Assembly (NCBI GenBank): GCA_008015325.1
Contig: SSFI01000056.1
Coordinates: forward strand, 2,802 to 66,801
Reading direction: 5' to 3'
Origin: Rheinheimera sp.
Lineage (GTDB): Bacteria; Pseudomonadota; Gammaproteobacteria; Enterobacterales; Alteromonadaceae
Length of the DNA: 64,000 nucleotides
The notes beneath the pieces were generated by a model. It did no database searches. It was not told where the DNA came from and saw only the letters and a list, made by a program, of their open reading frames with translations. Made by a program: the position numbers and the translations under genes. This document shows, piece by piece, positions 19,793 to 27,350 of this stretch (the first letter of the stretch is position 1; every line of letters begins with the position of its first letter).

Positions 19793-21625
19793 TTAGCGAT
19801 TGATTTGCAGATAAAAATTCTGATAAGAACAATAATCTGTCACCGGATCCACTTGCGAATAAGTACCAAGGGCGGCCCGGCTGTCGGGCTGTTGCTGCAG
19901 TACCAGCTGTGCCTGCGCTGCCAGGCCTTCGGCCCGGGCTTGCCTGCTGCGGCACAGTTGCAGCGCCAGCTGCCGGTAATTGTCACCTGTCAGGATGTCG
20001 TTGTTTTTCAGTACGCTGGCGGAAGTATCCGGCACTTTCACTGGCTTTTTCCAGGGGGCAAACTGCAGGGTCAGCTCGCCGTTATGCAGCAATGCCTGGT
20101 CATCCCGGCTCAGGTAGTGGGTGCGCACACCGCTGATGGTCCAGGCCGCGCCGCTGTCTTTGGCCTTAGCGCCGGCGAGATCGGCGATATAAACACCTGA
20201 TGCACCAAGCACAGCAAAGCGGGCGTTGTTTGGGGCTGTCGGATTGAAGCCAACCAGCAGGGCAGTGGCTTCGTCAACGCCAAAACCGTAGCGGGTTTGG
20301 GTATCGCTTAATAGCCTTACCAGCCTTGCTTCGCGGCCACGTTCGGAAAAATGCGTGTCGGTGACACCAAAGGGGAATAAACCCAGGCCACCCTGGGCCC
20401 GGTAAGTCAGCTGGTCTTCGGCCAGTTCAGCAGGGCAGCTGTGATTTTTTTCACAACCAGCCAGTGGCGCCTCTGCCGGCACAGCGCCGCTTTGCAGTGC
20501 CTGAGCGCTGCTGCCATTGCTGATCATCGGCACTGTTTTTTCGGTAAAGCGGCCGCCGGCTTGCACCGCAGTACCCGCGCTGGTGCCGGCGACAATCAGC
20601 TTGCCTGCCTGCAGCCGGGCAGTGATGGCCTTCAGTTCCGGGCTGGCGCTGCCGTCTGGCAGGCGCAGCGCTTGCAACGTCAGGCTTTGGTCGCCGCCGT
20701 TAAAAAAGATCGCATCGGCTTGTTCAATTTGCGCGACTGCAGCGGCCGGGCCTTGCTGGCAAAAAGCCTGCAGATCGGCGAATAAATCCGGATAGACCGC
20801 AGCGCGGTTGTAGCTGCCGTGGATGTCAGCGAGGTACTGCGGTAATTGCTCACAACTGGCTTTGCCGGCGGTTTTTTGCTGTTGTGCGGCCTGATACGCG
20901 GCGTTCAGCGGTAACCAGCGCGCCTCGGCACCAGTCTCGGCAAAAGCGCTTTGATAAAAATCTACCGCGGCCAGCGGGTCACGGCTGGATGCTGTGACCA
21001 CCAAAACTACAGGCTTCCCCGGTTTTTGCCGCACTTTGCCCGCCAGTTCAGTGATTTTCTCGTAGATTTCGACACTGAACTTGTCTTTAGTCTGCGCCAG
21101 ACTGGCCTGTTCACGCTGGCGTTGTTGTTGCGATAGCTGCGGCTGCTGCAGCAGGTCAAACATCAGGTTCAGCTCCAGTTCGGACAGCTGCTGATACAGC
21201 GTTTCGCCTCTGATGGTCTGACCGGCCAGTTCAACTTTGGCCAGCCGTAAGCGTTGGCGCAGTTCCTCTTCAGTCATGGCCTTGGTGCCAAAATCCAGTA
21301 TCAGCTGACTGAGGATGGCTTGTGTTTGCTGGCGCTGTTCAGCCCGGCTTTCTGGCCACACTGCGGATTGGCTGATGTCACGGATGCGGGGCAGGCTCAG
21401 CGCGTACAGTTCGGTGCTTTTGGTATTGGCGGCAAACTGCGGATTGTCGCTGCAGGAAGATCGGCTTTGCGAGCTGCAGGTATGCAGGCCACCACCGACT
21501 AACACCATTGAATATTCAGGAAATTTCGTAGAAGCAGTTGCAGCAGACGCGGCGCTGCAAAGCGCAAGCGCCGGCAGCAATTTCGGCAACACTGGGCTGA
21601 AAGATCGTTTCATTTTAAGGTCCAT
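19793..21625 (-). CDS. Secreted cyanophycinase (peptidase S51 family)
   Basis: Signal peptide; LVGGG, IFFNGGDQ, GTSAG (catalytic Ser), DTHFSERGREARL (His), GVDEAT (Glu). Start 21625 or 21613. Confidence 0.87.
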   Translation of the reverse strand: MDLKMKRSFSPVLPKLLPALALCSAASAATASTKFPEYSMVLVGGGLHTCSSQSRSSCSDNPQFAANTKSTELYALSLPRIRDISQSAVWPESRAEQRQQTQAILSQLILDFGTKAMTEEELRQRLRLAKVELAGQTIRGETLYQQLSELELNLMFDLLQQPQLSQQQRQREQASLAQTKDKFSVEIYEKITELAGKVRQKPGKPVVLVVTASSRDPLAAVDFYQSAFAETGAEARWLPLNAAYQAAQQQKTAGKASCEQLPQYLADIHGSYNRAAVYPDLFADLQAFCQQGPAAAVAQIEQADAIFFNGGDQSLTLQALRLPDGSASPELKAITARLQAGKLIVAGTSAGTAVQAGGRFTEKTVPMISNGSSAQALQSGAVPAEAPLAGCEKNHSCPAELAEDQLTYRAQGGLGLFPFGVTDTHFSERGREARLVRLLSDTQTRYGFGVDEATALLVGFNPTAPNNARFAVLGASGVYIADLAGAKAKDSGAAWTISGVRTHYLSRDDQALLHNGELTLQFAPWKKPVKVPDTSASVLKNNDILTGDNYRQLALQLCRSRQARAEGLAAQAQLVLQQQPDSRAALGTYSQVDPVTDYCSYQNFYLQINR

Positions 21626-21696
21626 TAATGAGGGCTTTATTTACTAATACGCCGGGCGCTGCGTTAAAATCCAGCAGTTTTTTTGGCCAGTGCGGC

Positions 21697-21728
21697 TTGA
21701 CTTCCGCCGGCTAAATCAGTATTTCTGA
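21697..21728 (+). promoter_or_regulatory. Putative sigma70 promoter/operator for leader 2 and yfcC-iadA
   Basis: TTGACT (21697-21702), 17 nt, TATTTC, overlapped by the palindrome TCAG-tattt-CTGA (21716-21728); same layout as 19729-19759. Confidence 0.45.
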
Positions 21729-21790
21729 AAAAGACAGCGGGCTTTGCGGCCTTGCTGACGCCCATTTTCCCCAGTTTTTTTGGTAGCGAT

Positions 21791-21865
21791 ATGCTGAAAA
21801 ATGCCTTTGCTTTAAGCTCATATCACTACTCGTCCTACTACCTGTCGGAGTGGTTTAACGAGTAG
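21791..21865 (+). CDS. 24-aa leader peptide 2, MLKNAFALSSYHYSSYYLSEWFNE, upstream of yfcC-iadA
   Basis: Manual translation from ATG 21791 to TAG 21865; same length as leader 1 with invariant YYLSEWFN. SD is weak (GGTAG). Confidence 0.82.
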   Translation: MLKNAFALSSYHYSSYYLSEWFNE

Positions 21866-21869
21866 ATCT

Positions 21870-21894
21870 CAGCCAGACATCCGCTGTCTGGCTG
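21870..21894 (+). promoter_or_regulatory. Hairpin right after leader peptide 2 (pause/attenuator candidate, no U-tract)
   Basis: CAGCCAGACA-tccgc-TGTCTGGCTG, perfect 10-bp stem with 5-nt loop, starting 4 nt after the UAG. Confidence 0.7.
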
Positions 21895-22017
21895 GCGTCT
21901 GTTACGCCACCTCCAATGATCACACAATGCGATTGTTTATTGCGTCAATGCACGCTGTGCTGGTCTGAATCCTTGTTGATCTGGCTTTGGTGCCAGTCGT
22001 AATCCACAGGTTAAATT

Positions 22018-23553
22018 ATGTCTGTTACCCCGAAATCGCCGCAGTCCGGCCCGGCGTCAGCCACCCCGACGCCAGGCGTGGCCACATCAGCGACGTCCAT
22101 GCCCGATGCCATGGTGATCCTGTTTTTTATCATGGTGCTGGCGGCTATCGCTTCGCACCTGATCCCGGCAGGTTCCTTTCAACTGCTGGAACCGGCGCCG
22201 GTGGCCGAAGGTGCCGCCAAAGTCACTGGTAAACTCGACCCGAATAGTTTTCGCTTTGCCGAAAACAGCGCAGGCGGCGTACCGCTGTTTGCTGAAGGCG
22301 GCGGTATCGGGTTTTTTAATTATGCCTTTGAGGGCCTGGTGTCGGGCAATAAGTGGGGCTCGGCGATTGGCGTGGTGATGTTTATCCTGCTGACCGGGGG
22401 TGCTTTTGGCATCCTGATGAAAACCGGCGCAATTCACAACGGGATTCTGGCACTGATCCGGCGCACACAGAATCTGCAGATTTTATTTATCCCAATATTA
22501 TTTCTACTGTTTTCGCTCGGTGGTGCTGTGTTTGGTATGGGCGAAGAGGCAATTGCTTTTTGCATCATTCTGCTGCCACTGATGCTGGCGCTGGGCTATG
22601 ACGCGATCACCACGGTGTTGGTGACTTATGTCGCAACTCAAATCGGTTTTGCAACGTCCTGGATGAACCCGTTTAACATTGCCATCGCGCAGGGTATTGC
22701 CGAGATCCCGTTGTTTTCCGGCCAGGAATTGCGCATGGTGATGTGGGCGGTGTTTACGCTGTTTGGTTTGATTTTCACGATGCGCTACGCCGCCAAAATC
22801 AAAGCCAATCCGACATTGTCCCTCAGTTATCAGTCAGATCTGCGCCAGCGCAGTCAGCACAGTGCACAGGTGATCAGTCAGTATCAGCTGCTTGATTCAG
22901 TGATCCTGCTGGTGTTTTTTGCCGGTCTTGGCTGGATCATCTGGGGCGTGACCAGTCGCGAATATTACATTCCGGAAATTGCCAGCCAGTTTTTCACTAT
23001 TGGTATCGTGATTGGTGCCATCGCAGTGATTGGCCGGCGCCTGAAGGTGAACGATGTTGCCGATGGTTTTAAACAAGGTGCAGCAGAATTGCTGCCGGCG
23101 GCGATGATTGTCGGTATGGCCAAAGGCATGTTGTTGCTGCTTGGTGGCGGTGACCCGCAAACGCCGTCGGTACTCAATACCTTATTGTATTACTCGGCGC
23201 AATCGCTGCAGGATTTGCCGGCCTATTTATCTGCCTGGCTGATGTTGGTGGTGCAGTCGGTGATTAACTTTTTTGTTTCATCCGGCTCTGGCCAGGCCGC
23301 ATTGACCATGCCGCTGATTGCACCTTTGTCGGATTTGATTGGCCTGTCGCGCCAGACCGCCGTATTGGCTTTTCAACTCGGCGATGGCCTGACCAACTGT
23401 ATTATCCCAACTTCTGCTGCGTTGATTGGTTGCCTTGGTGCCGTGCGGCTGGATTGGACTGTCTGGCTACGTTTTGTCTGGCGCCTGCAGCTCTATCTGT
23501 TTGGTTTAGCCAGTGCTTTTATGCTGCTCGCCGTCGCCATTCAATATCAGTAA
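22018..23553 (+). CDS. yfcC: YfcC-family inner-membrane transporter (putative basic amino acid/dipeptide antiporter)
   Basis: Multi-TM protein with IPAGSF, GMGEEAIAF, SWMNPF, SGSGQAALTMP, FQLGDGLTN motifs typical of YfcC/DcuC-like carriers. Confidence 0.85.
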   Translation: MSVTPKSPQSGPASATPTPGVATSATSMPDAMVILFFIMVLAAIASHLIPAGSFQLLEPAPVAEGAAKVTGKLDPNSFRFAENSAGGVPLFAEGGGIGFFNYAFEGLVSGNKWGSAIGVVMFILLTGGAFGILMKTGAIHNGILALIRRTQNLQILFIPILFLLFSLGGAVFGMGEEAIAFCIILLPLMLALGYDAITTVLVTYVATQIGFATSWMNPFNIAIAQGIAEIPLFSGQELRMVMWAVFTLFGLIFTMRYAAKIKANPTLSLSYQSDLRQRSQHSAQVISQYQLLDSVILLVFFAGLGWIIWGVTSREYYIPEIASQFFTIGIVIGAIAVIGRRLKVNDVADGFKQGAAELLPAAMIVGMAKGMLLLLGGGDPQTPSVLNTLLYYSAQSLQDLPAYLSAWLMLVVQSVINFFVSSGSGQAALTMPLIAPLSDLIGLSRQTAVLAFQLGDGLTNCIIPTSAALIGCLGAVRLDWTVWLRFVWRLQLYLFGLASAFMLLAVAIQYQ

Positions 23554-23565
23554 AAGGAATTCTTT

Positions 23566-24747
23566 GTGAACCCGATGCTTCTGTTAAAAAATGCTGAACT
23601 GATGGCGCCACAACCGCTGGGCCGGCAGGACGTGCTGGTGGCAGGCAACCGGATTGTCGCCATAGGCCACGATTTTAATTTGTCCGGCAGCAATGTTCCG
23701 GTCACTGTGCTGGACTGCACTGACTATTACCTGACCCCCGGTTTTGTTGATTCACTGGTACATTTTATCGGTGGTGGCGGTGAAGGTGGTTTTGCCACCC
23801 GCACGCCGGAGATGCAGTTAACTGATGCCACGCTTGCTGGTGTAACCACCGCCATCGGTGTGTTAGGCACTGATGCCACCACCCGCACTTTAACCAACTT
23901 GCTGGCCAAGGCCCATGCGCTGGAGGCTGAGGGCATCAGCACTTATTGCCACACCGGCTCTTATGAAATCCCTTGCCGGACGCTGACGGGGAGCATCACC
24001 GACGATTTGATTCTGATCGATAAGTTTATCGGTGTCGGCGAAATCGCCATCAGCGATCATCGTTCGTCGCAGCCCACCACCGACGAAATTCGCAAAGTCG
24101 CGGCTGCAGCGCGGGTCGGTGGCATGTTAGCCGGCAAAAGTGGTGTGGTCAGCGTGCATGTCGGCGCCGGCGAACGCATGCTGCAGCCGCTGTATCAGGC
24201 TGTCAGTGGCACTGAGCTGAAACTGAAACAGTTCTATCCGACCCATATGAACCGCAACCGGCGCATCTTTGAGGCCGGCATTGAATTTGCCAAAAAAGGT
24301 GGCGTGATTGATTTCACGACCAGCACCACGGCTTATGATTTGCAGCACGGCGAAGTCGCAGCCGCAGCGGCACTGGCAGAAGCGTTGTATCTCGGTATAA
24401 CGCCACTGCAACTGACATTAAGTTCGGACGGTAATGCCAGTTTGCCGATTTTTAACGAGGAAGGCGAATTACAGGGTTTGCAGGTCGGGCAGGTGCGTAG
24501 TCTGTTTGATAGTATGCGTGAGGCAGTGCAGCGGCACCATGTACCGCTGGCCGCTGCGCTTACCGCAGTGACTGCCGCCCCGGCCGCAGTGCTGGGTTTG
24601 TCGCAAAAGGGCCGTGTAGCGGTTGGCCTGGATGCAGACTTGCTGTTACTGCGCCGGGACGATTTACAGCTGGATTCAGTCGTTGCCAAAGGCCGGTTAC
24701 TGGTGCAGGGCGGGCAGGCACTGGTCAAAGGCACTTTTGAACGTTGA
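23566..24747 (+). CDS. iadA: Beta-aspartyl peptidase (isoaspartyl dipeptidase)
   Basis: GGGGEGGFATRTPE, GTDATTR, GEIAISDHRSS, PTHMNRN, SSDGNASLP; GTG start with AAGGA, 12 nt after yfcC. Confidence 0.93.
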   Translation: MNPMLLLKNAELMAPQPLGRQDVLVAGNRIVAIGHDFNLSGSNVPVTVLDCTDYYLTPGFVDSLVHFIGGGGEGGFATRTPEMQLTDATLAGVTTAIGVLGTDATTRTLTNLLAKAHALEAEGISTYCHTGSYEIPCRTLTGSITDDLILIDKFIGVGEIAISDHRSSQPTTDEIRKVAAAARVGGMLAGKSGVVSVHVGAGERMLQPLYQAVSGTELKLKQFYPTHMNRNRRIFEAGIEFAKKGGVIDFTTSTTAYDLQHGEVAAAAALAEALYLGITPLQLTLSSDGNASLPIFNEEGELQGLQVGQVRSLFDSMREAVQRHHVPLAAALTAVTAAPAAVLGLSQKGRVAVGLDADLLLLRRDDLQLDSVVAKGRLLVQGGQALVKGTFER

Positions 24748-24778
24748 ATCTCAGCATTTCACATAATGGCTTGTCCAG

Positions 24779-24802
24779 AGCAGCCGGCACAGGCCGGCTG
24801 CT
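24779..24802 (+). terminator. Hairpin after iadA (possible terminator)
   Basis: AGCAGCCGGC-acag-GCCGGCTGCT; poor U-tract. Confidence 0.45.
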
Positions 24803-24869
24803 TGCACAAAACCGCATCAGTCTTTACTCTGCTGTCACCCTGTGAAAAGCAGACAACTGCCTAAAGCTG

Positions 24870-25529
24870 ATGCCGATGCAATATATCTGTATAGCCGATG
24901 ATCACCCGCTGTATCGTGATGCGCTCAAAGACGTGCTGCATCAGCATTTCACTGCGCTGAGCGTGCTGGAAGCCGGCTCGCTGGCGCAAGTGCTGGAACT
25001 CGCTGCAGCTTATCCGGCGCTGGAATTTATTCTGCTCGATTTAAATATGCCGGGAATGGCCGGATTAAATGGCTTAGTGCAGCTGCGTCAGCTGTTTCCG
25101 CAGGTAGCAGTCGCGATGTTGTCGGCCGAGGATGACAAACAAACGGTGTTGCAGGCGATGGCGTTTGGTGCGGCCGGTTTTATTTCCAAAGCCGCTGGCC
25201 GGCAGCAATTGGTCAGTGCGCTGAAGCAATTGCTCAATGGCGACATTTATCTGCCGGCGGATACCTTTCGGCAAAGTGCCATCACCAGCAGTGACACCAT
25301 AGTACACAAAGCCGAACAGGCGTTATTACGCAGCCTGACTAAAAAACAAATCAAAGTGTTACAGCGCATGGTCAGCGGCGAGTCGAACAAACAAATTGCC
25401 GACGCGCTCTGTATCGCTGAAACCACAGTCAAAGCCCATGTTTCTGCCGTGCTGGCTAAACTCGGCGTGTCAAGCCGGGTGCAGGCTATTTTGCTGGCAA
25501 GAGATCTCGATTTCAGTTTGTATCTTTAA
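24870..25529 (+). CDS. NarL/LuxR-family response regulator, ErbR(AgmR)-like
   Basis: IADDHPL, LLDLNMPG, GESNKQIA...IAETTVKAHVSA...RVQAIL; closely resembles Pseudomonas ErbR (from recall). Confidence 0.88.
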   Translation: MPMQYICIADDHPLYRDALKDVLHQHFTALSVLEAGSLAQVLELAAAYPALEFILLDLNMPGMAGLNGLVQLRQLFPQVAVAMLSAEDDKQTVLQAMAFGAAGFISKAAGRQQLVSALKQLLNGDIYLPADTFRQSAITSSDTIVHKAEQALLRSLTKKQIKVLQRMVSGESNKQIADALCIAETTVKAHVSAVLAKLGVSSRVQAILLARDLDFSLYL

Positions 25530-25535
25530 CCCGTC

Positions 25536-27350
25536 TCAAACACCCAACAATAAATGGCGCAGCATACTTTTCAGCTGCAGCGGCCGCACCGGTTTATATA
25601 GCAGCTGATAACCCTGTTGTTTCAGAGCAATAGCGAGCTGCTGCTGGCTGTTGGCAGTGATGATCAATACCGGCACATCGGCAAATCCGGTCTGACTTCT
25701 TAATTGTTGCACCACAGCGGTGCCAAGCAGACCATCTGCCAGCTGGTAATCAACAATCAGCAAATCAGGTTTTTCTTTGGCGTTAAAAGCGCCGGCGTCG
25801 GCACCGCTTTGCACCTGATAACCCCAGCTGGTTAATAACGTATTCATCGCCTGACAAATAGTCGCGTCATTATCGATGACCCAAATGCTGGCGTTTGCTT
25901 TATCCATCACCGGCAGTATCAGCTGTGGCGGTTCAGACGCTGGCTCAGCGATGGGCAACTTCAGAGCAAACACAGAACCGCGGTTCAGTTCCGACTGCAC
26001 CCGCAGCGGATGCGCTAACAAGTGGCATAATCGTTCGACAATAGCGAGGCCAAGGCCCAGGCCGGCTTCAGTGGCGCGGCTTTGCGGCAGACGCTGAAAC
26101 TCCTGAAAAATCAGCTCAAGATGTTCATCAGCGATGCCGACGCCGCTGTCGAGCACCTGAATTTCCACCTTGTCGCCGCGTCGCCGGCAGCCCAGTAACA
26201 CTGCGCCGCCGGGTGGCGTGTAGCGCAGCGCATTGGTCAGCAGATTGCGTAAAATCCGTGTCAGCCAGCTTGGGTCTGTTTGTACTGTGAATTGGCTGGC
26301 GACAAAACGAAAACGCAGACCTTTGCTGGCCGCGAGAGCTGCAAACTCACTGGCCAGCGCCGCTAACAAAGGCCCAAGCGCCACGTTACTGCAGTCCGGT
26401 TGCAGCTGACCGGCGTCTAGTTTGGATAAATCCACCAGGGTGCGCAGTAAATCACCAACATCGTCCAGCGCCCGACCGGCCGACAGCGCCAGCTGTTGCT
26501 GGTTGTGGCCGAGCGGCTGTTCCAATAAAGCGCCATTAAACAGCCGGGCGGCGTTCAGCGGCTGTAACACATCGTGGCTGACTGCAGCCAGTAACTGACT
26601 TTTTGACTGATTGGCCTGTTCGGCCGCTGTGGTGGCGGCGCGCAATTGCTGGTTCAGCGCCGTCAGCGCGCTAGTGCGTTCAGCCACACGTTGTTCCAGA
26701 TGTAAATTAGCCTGACGTAAGGCTTCTGAAGTGCGTTTACGCTCAGTGATGTCGCGGTTTAATACAAAAAAACCGCTGATTTGTTGTTGCTCGTCGCGAT
26801 GCGGCACATAGGTTTTCAGCAAATGCCGCCACTCACCGTCGGCATTTTGCTCGTCAATTTCAAACACGACTTGCTCGCCGCTTAATACCTGCAACACATA
26901 AGGCGCCAGTCTGGCGGCGCCTTCCGGGCCATGCGCAGCATCCAAAGTCTGATTTAATAAACTGCCGGCCGGGACGCCATAAAAGTCGTCGTAACCGCGG
27001 TTGGTAAACAGATAAATGCCGGCTGCCGAGAGATAGGCAATCATCGCCGGCACATGGTCGGTGATAGTGCGGATCCAGCGCTCGCTTTGCGCCAGCGTTT
27101 CTGAATAACGCACCGAGCGGCGCAGCTCGTCATAAGCGCGCGACAGCTCAGCGGTGCGTTCCCGCACTTGTTCGGCCAGCACCGCAGCATGTTGAAACGC
27201 GGCATAAGGCCCGGTGTGCACGGCGTTTTGGCCGGCCTCGACCCGTTCAATCAACGCCTGATTGATTTTGCGCAGCTTTTGGTTTTCCGCTTGCAGTGCC
27301 AACAGCTGTTGCTCAAGATCGGCTTTTTGCGTTGTGGTTGTTTCAGTCAT
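25536..27350 (-). CDS. PAS hybrid sensor kinase, NahK/ErcS-like
   Basis: Coiled coil LRKINQALIERVE...YAAFQH, PAS, SHDVLQPLNA H-box, GLGLGL, C-terminal REC; 8-nt overlap with the FIST gene. Confidence 0.87.
   Translation of the reverse strand: MTETTTTQKADLEQQLLALQAENQKLRKINQALIERVEAGQNAVHTGPYAAFQHAAVLAEQVRERTAELSRAYDELRRSVRYSETLAQSERWIRTITDHVPAMIAYLSAAGIYLFTNRGYDDFYGVPAGSLLNQTLDAAHGPEGAARLAPYVLQVLSGEQVVFEIDEQNADGEWRHLLKTYVPHRDEQQQISGFFVLNRDITERKRTSEALRQANLHLEQRVAERTSALTALNQQLRAATTAAEQANQSKSQLLAAVSHDVLQPLNAARLFNGALLEQPLGHNQQQLALSAGRALDDVGDLLRTLVDLSKLDAGQLQPDCSNVALGPLLAALASEFAALAASKGLRFRFVASQFTVQTDPSWLTRILRNLLTNALRYTPPGGAVLLGCRRRGDKVEIQVLDSGVGIADEHLELIFQEFQRLPQSRATEAGLGLGLAIVERLCHLLAHPLRVQSELNRGSVFALKLPIAEPASEPPQLILPVMDKANASIWVIDNDATICQAMNTLLTSWGYQVQSGADAGAFNAKEKPDLLIVDYQLADGLLGTAVVQQLRSQTGFADVPVLIITANSQQQLAIALKQQGYQLLYKPVRPLQLKSMLRHLLLGV

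Noticed and set aside
19503-21894. Post-leader hairpins as intrinsic terminators, or the leaders as riboswitches
   Set aside because: Neither hairpin has a U-tract; no known aptamer core was recognised; the similarity tracks the reading frame with synonymous changes.
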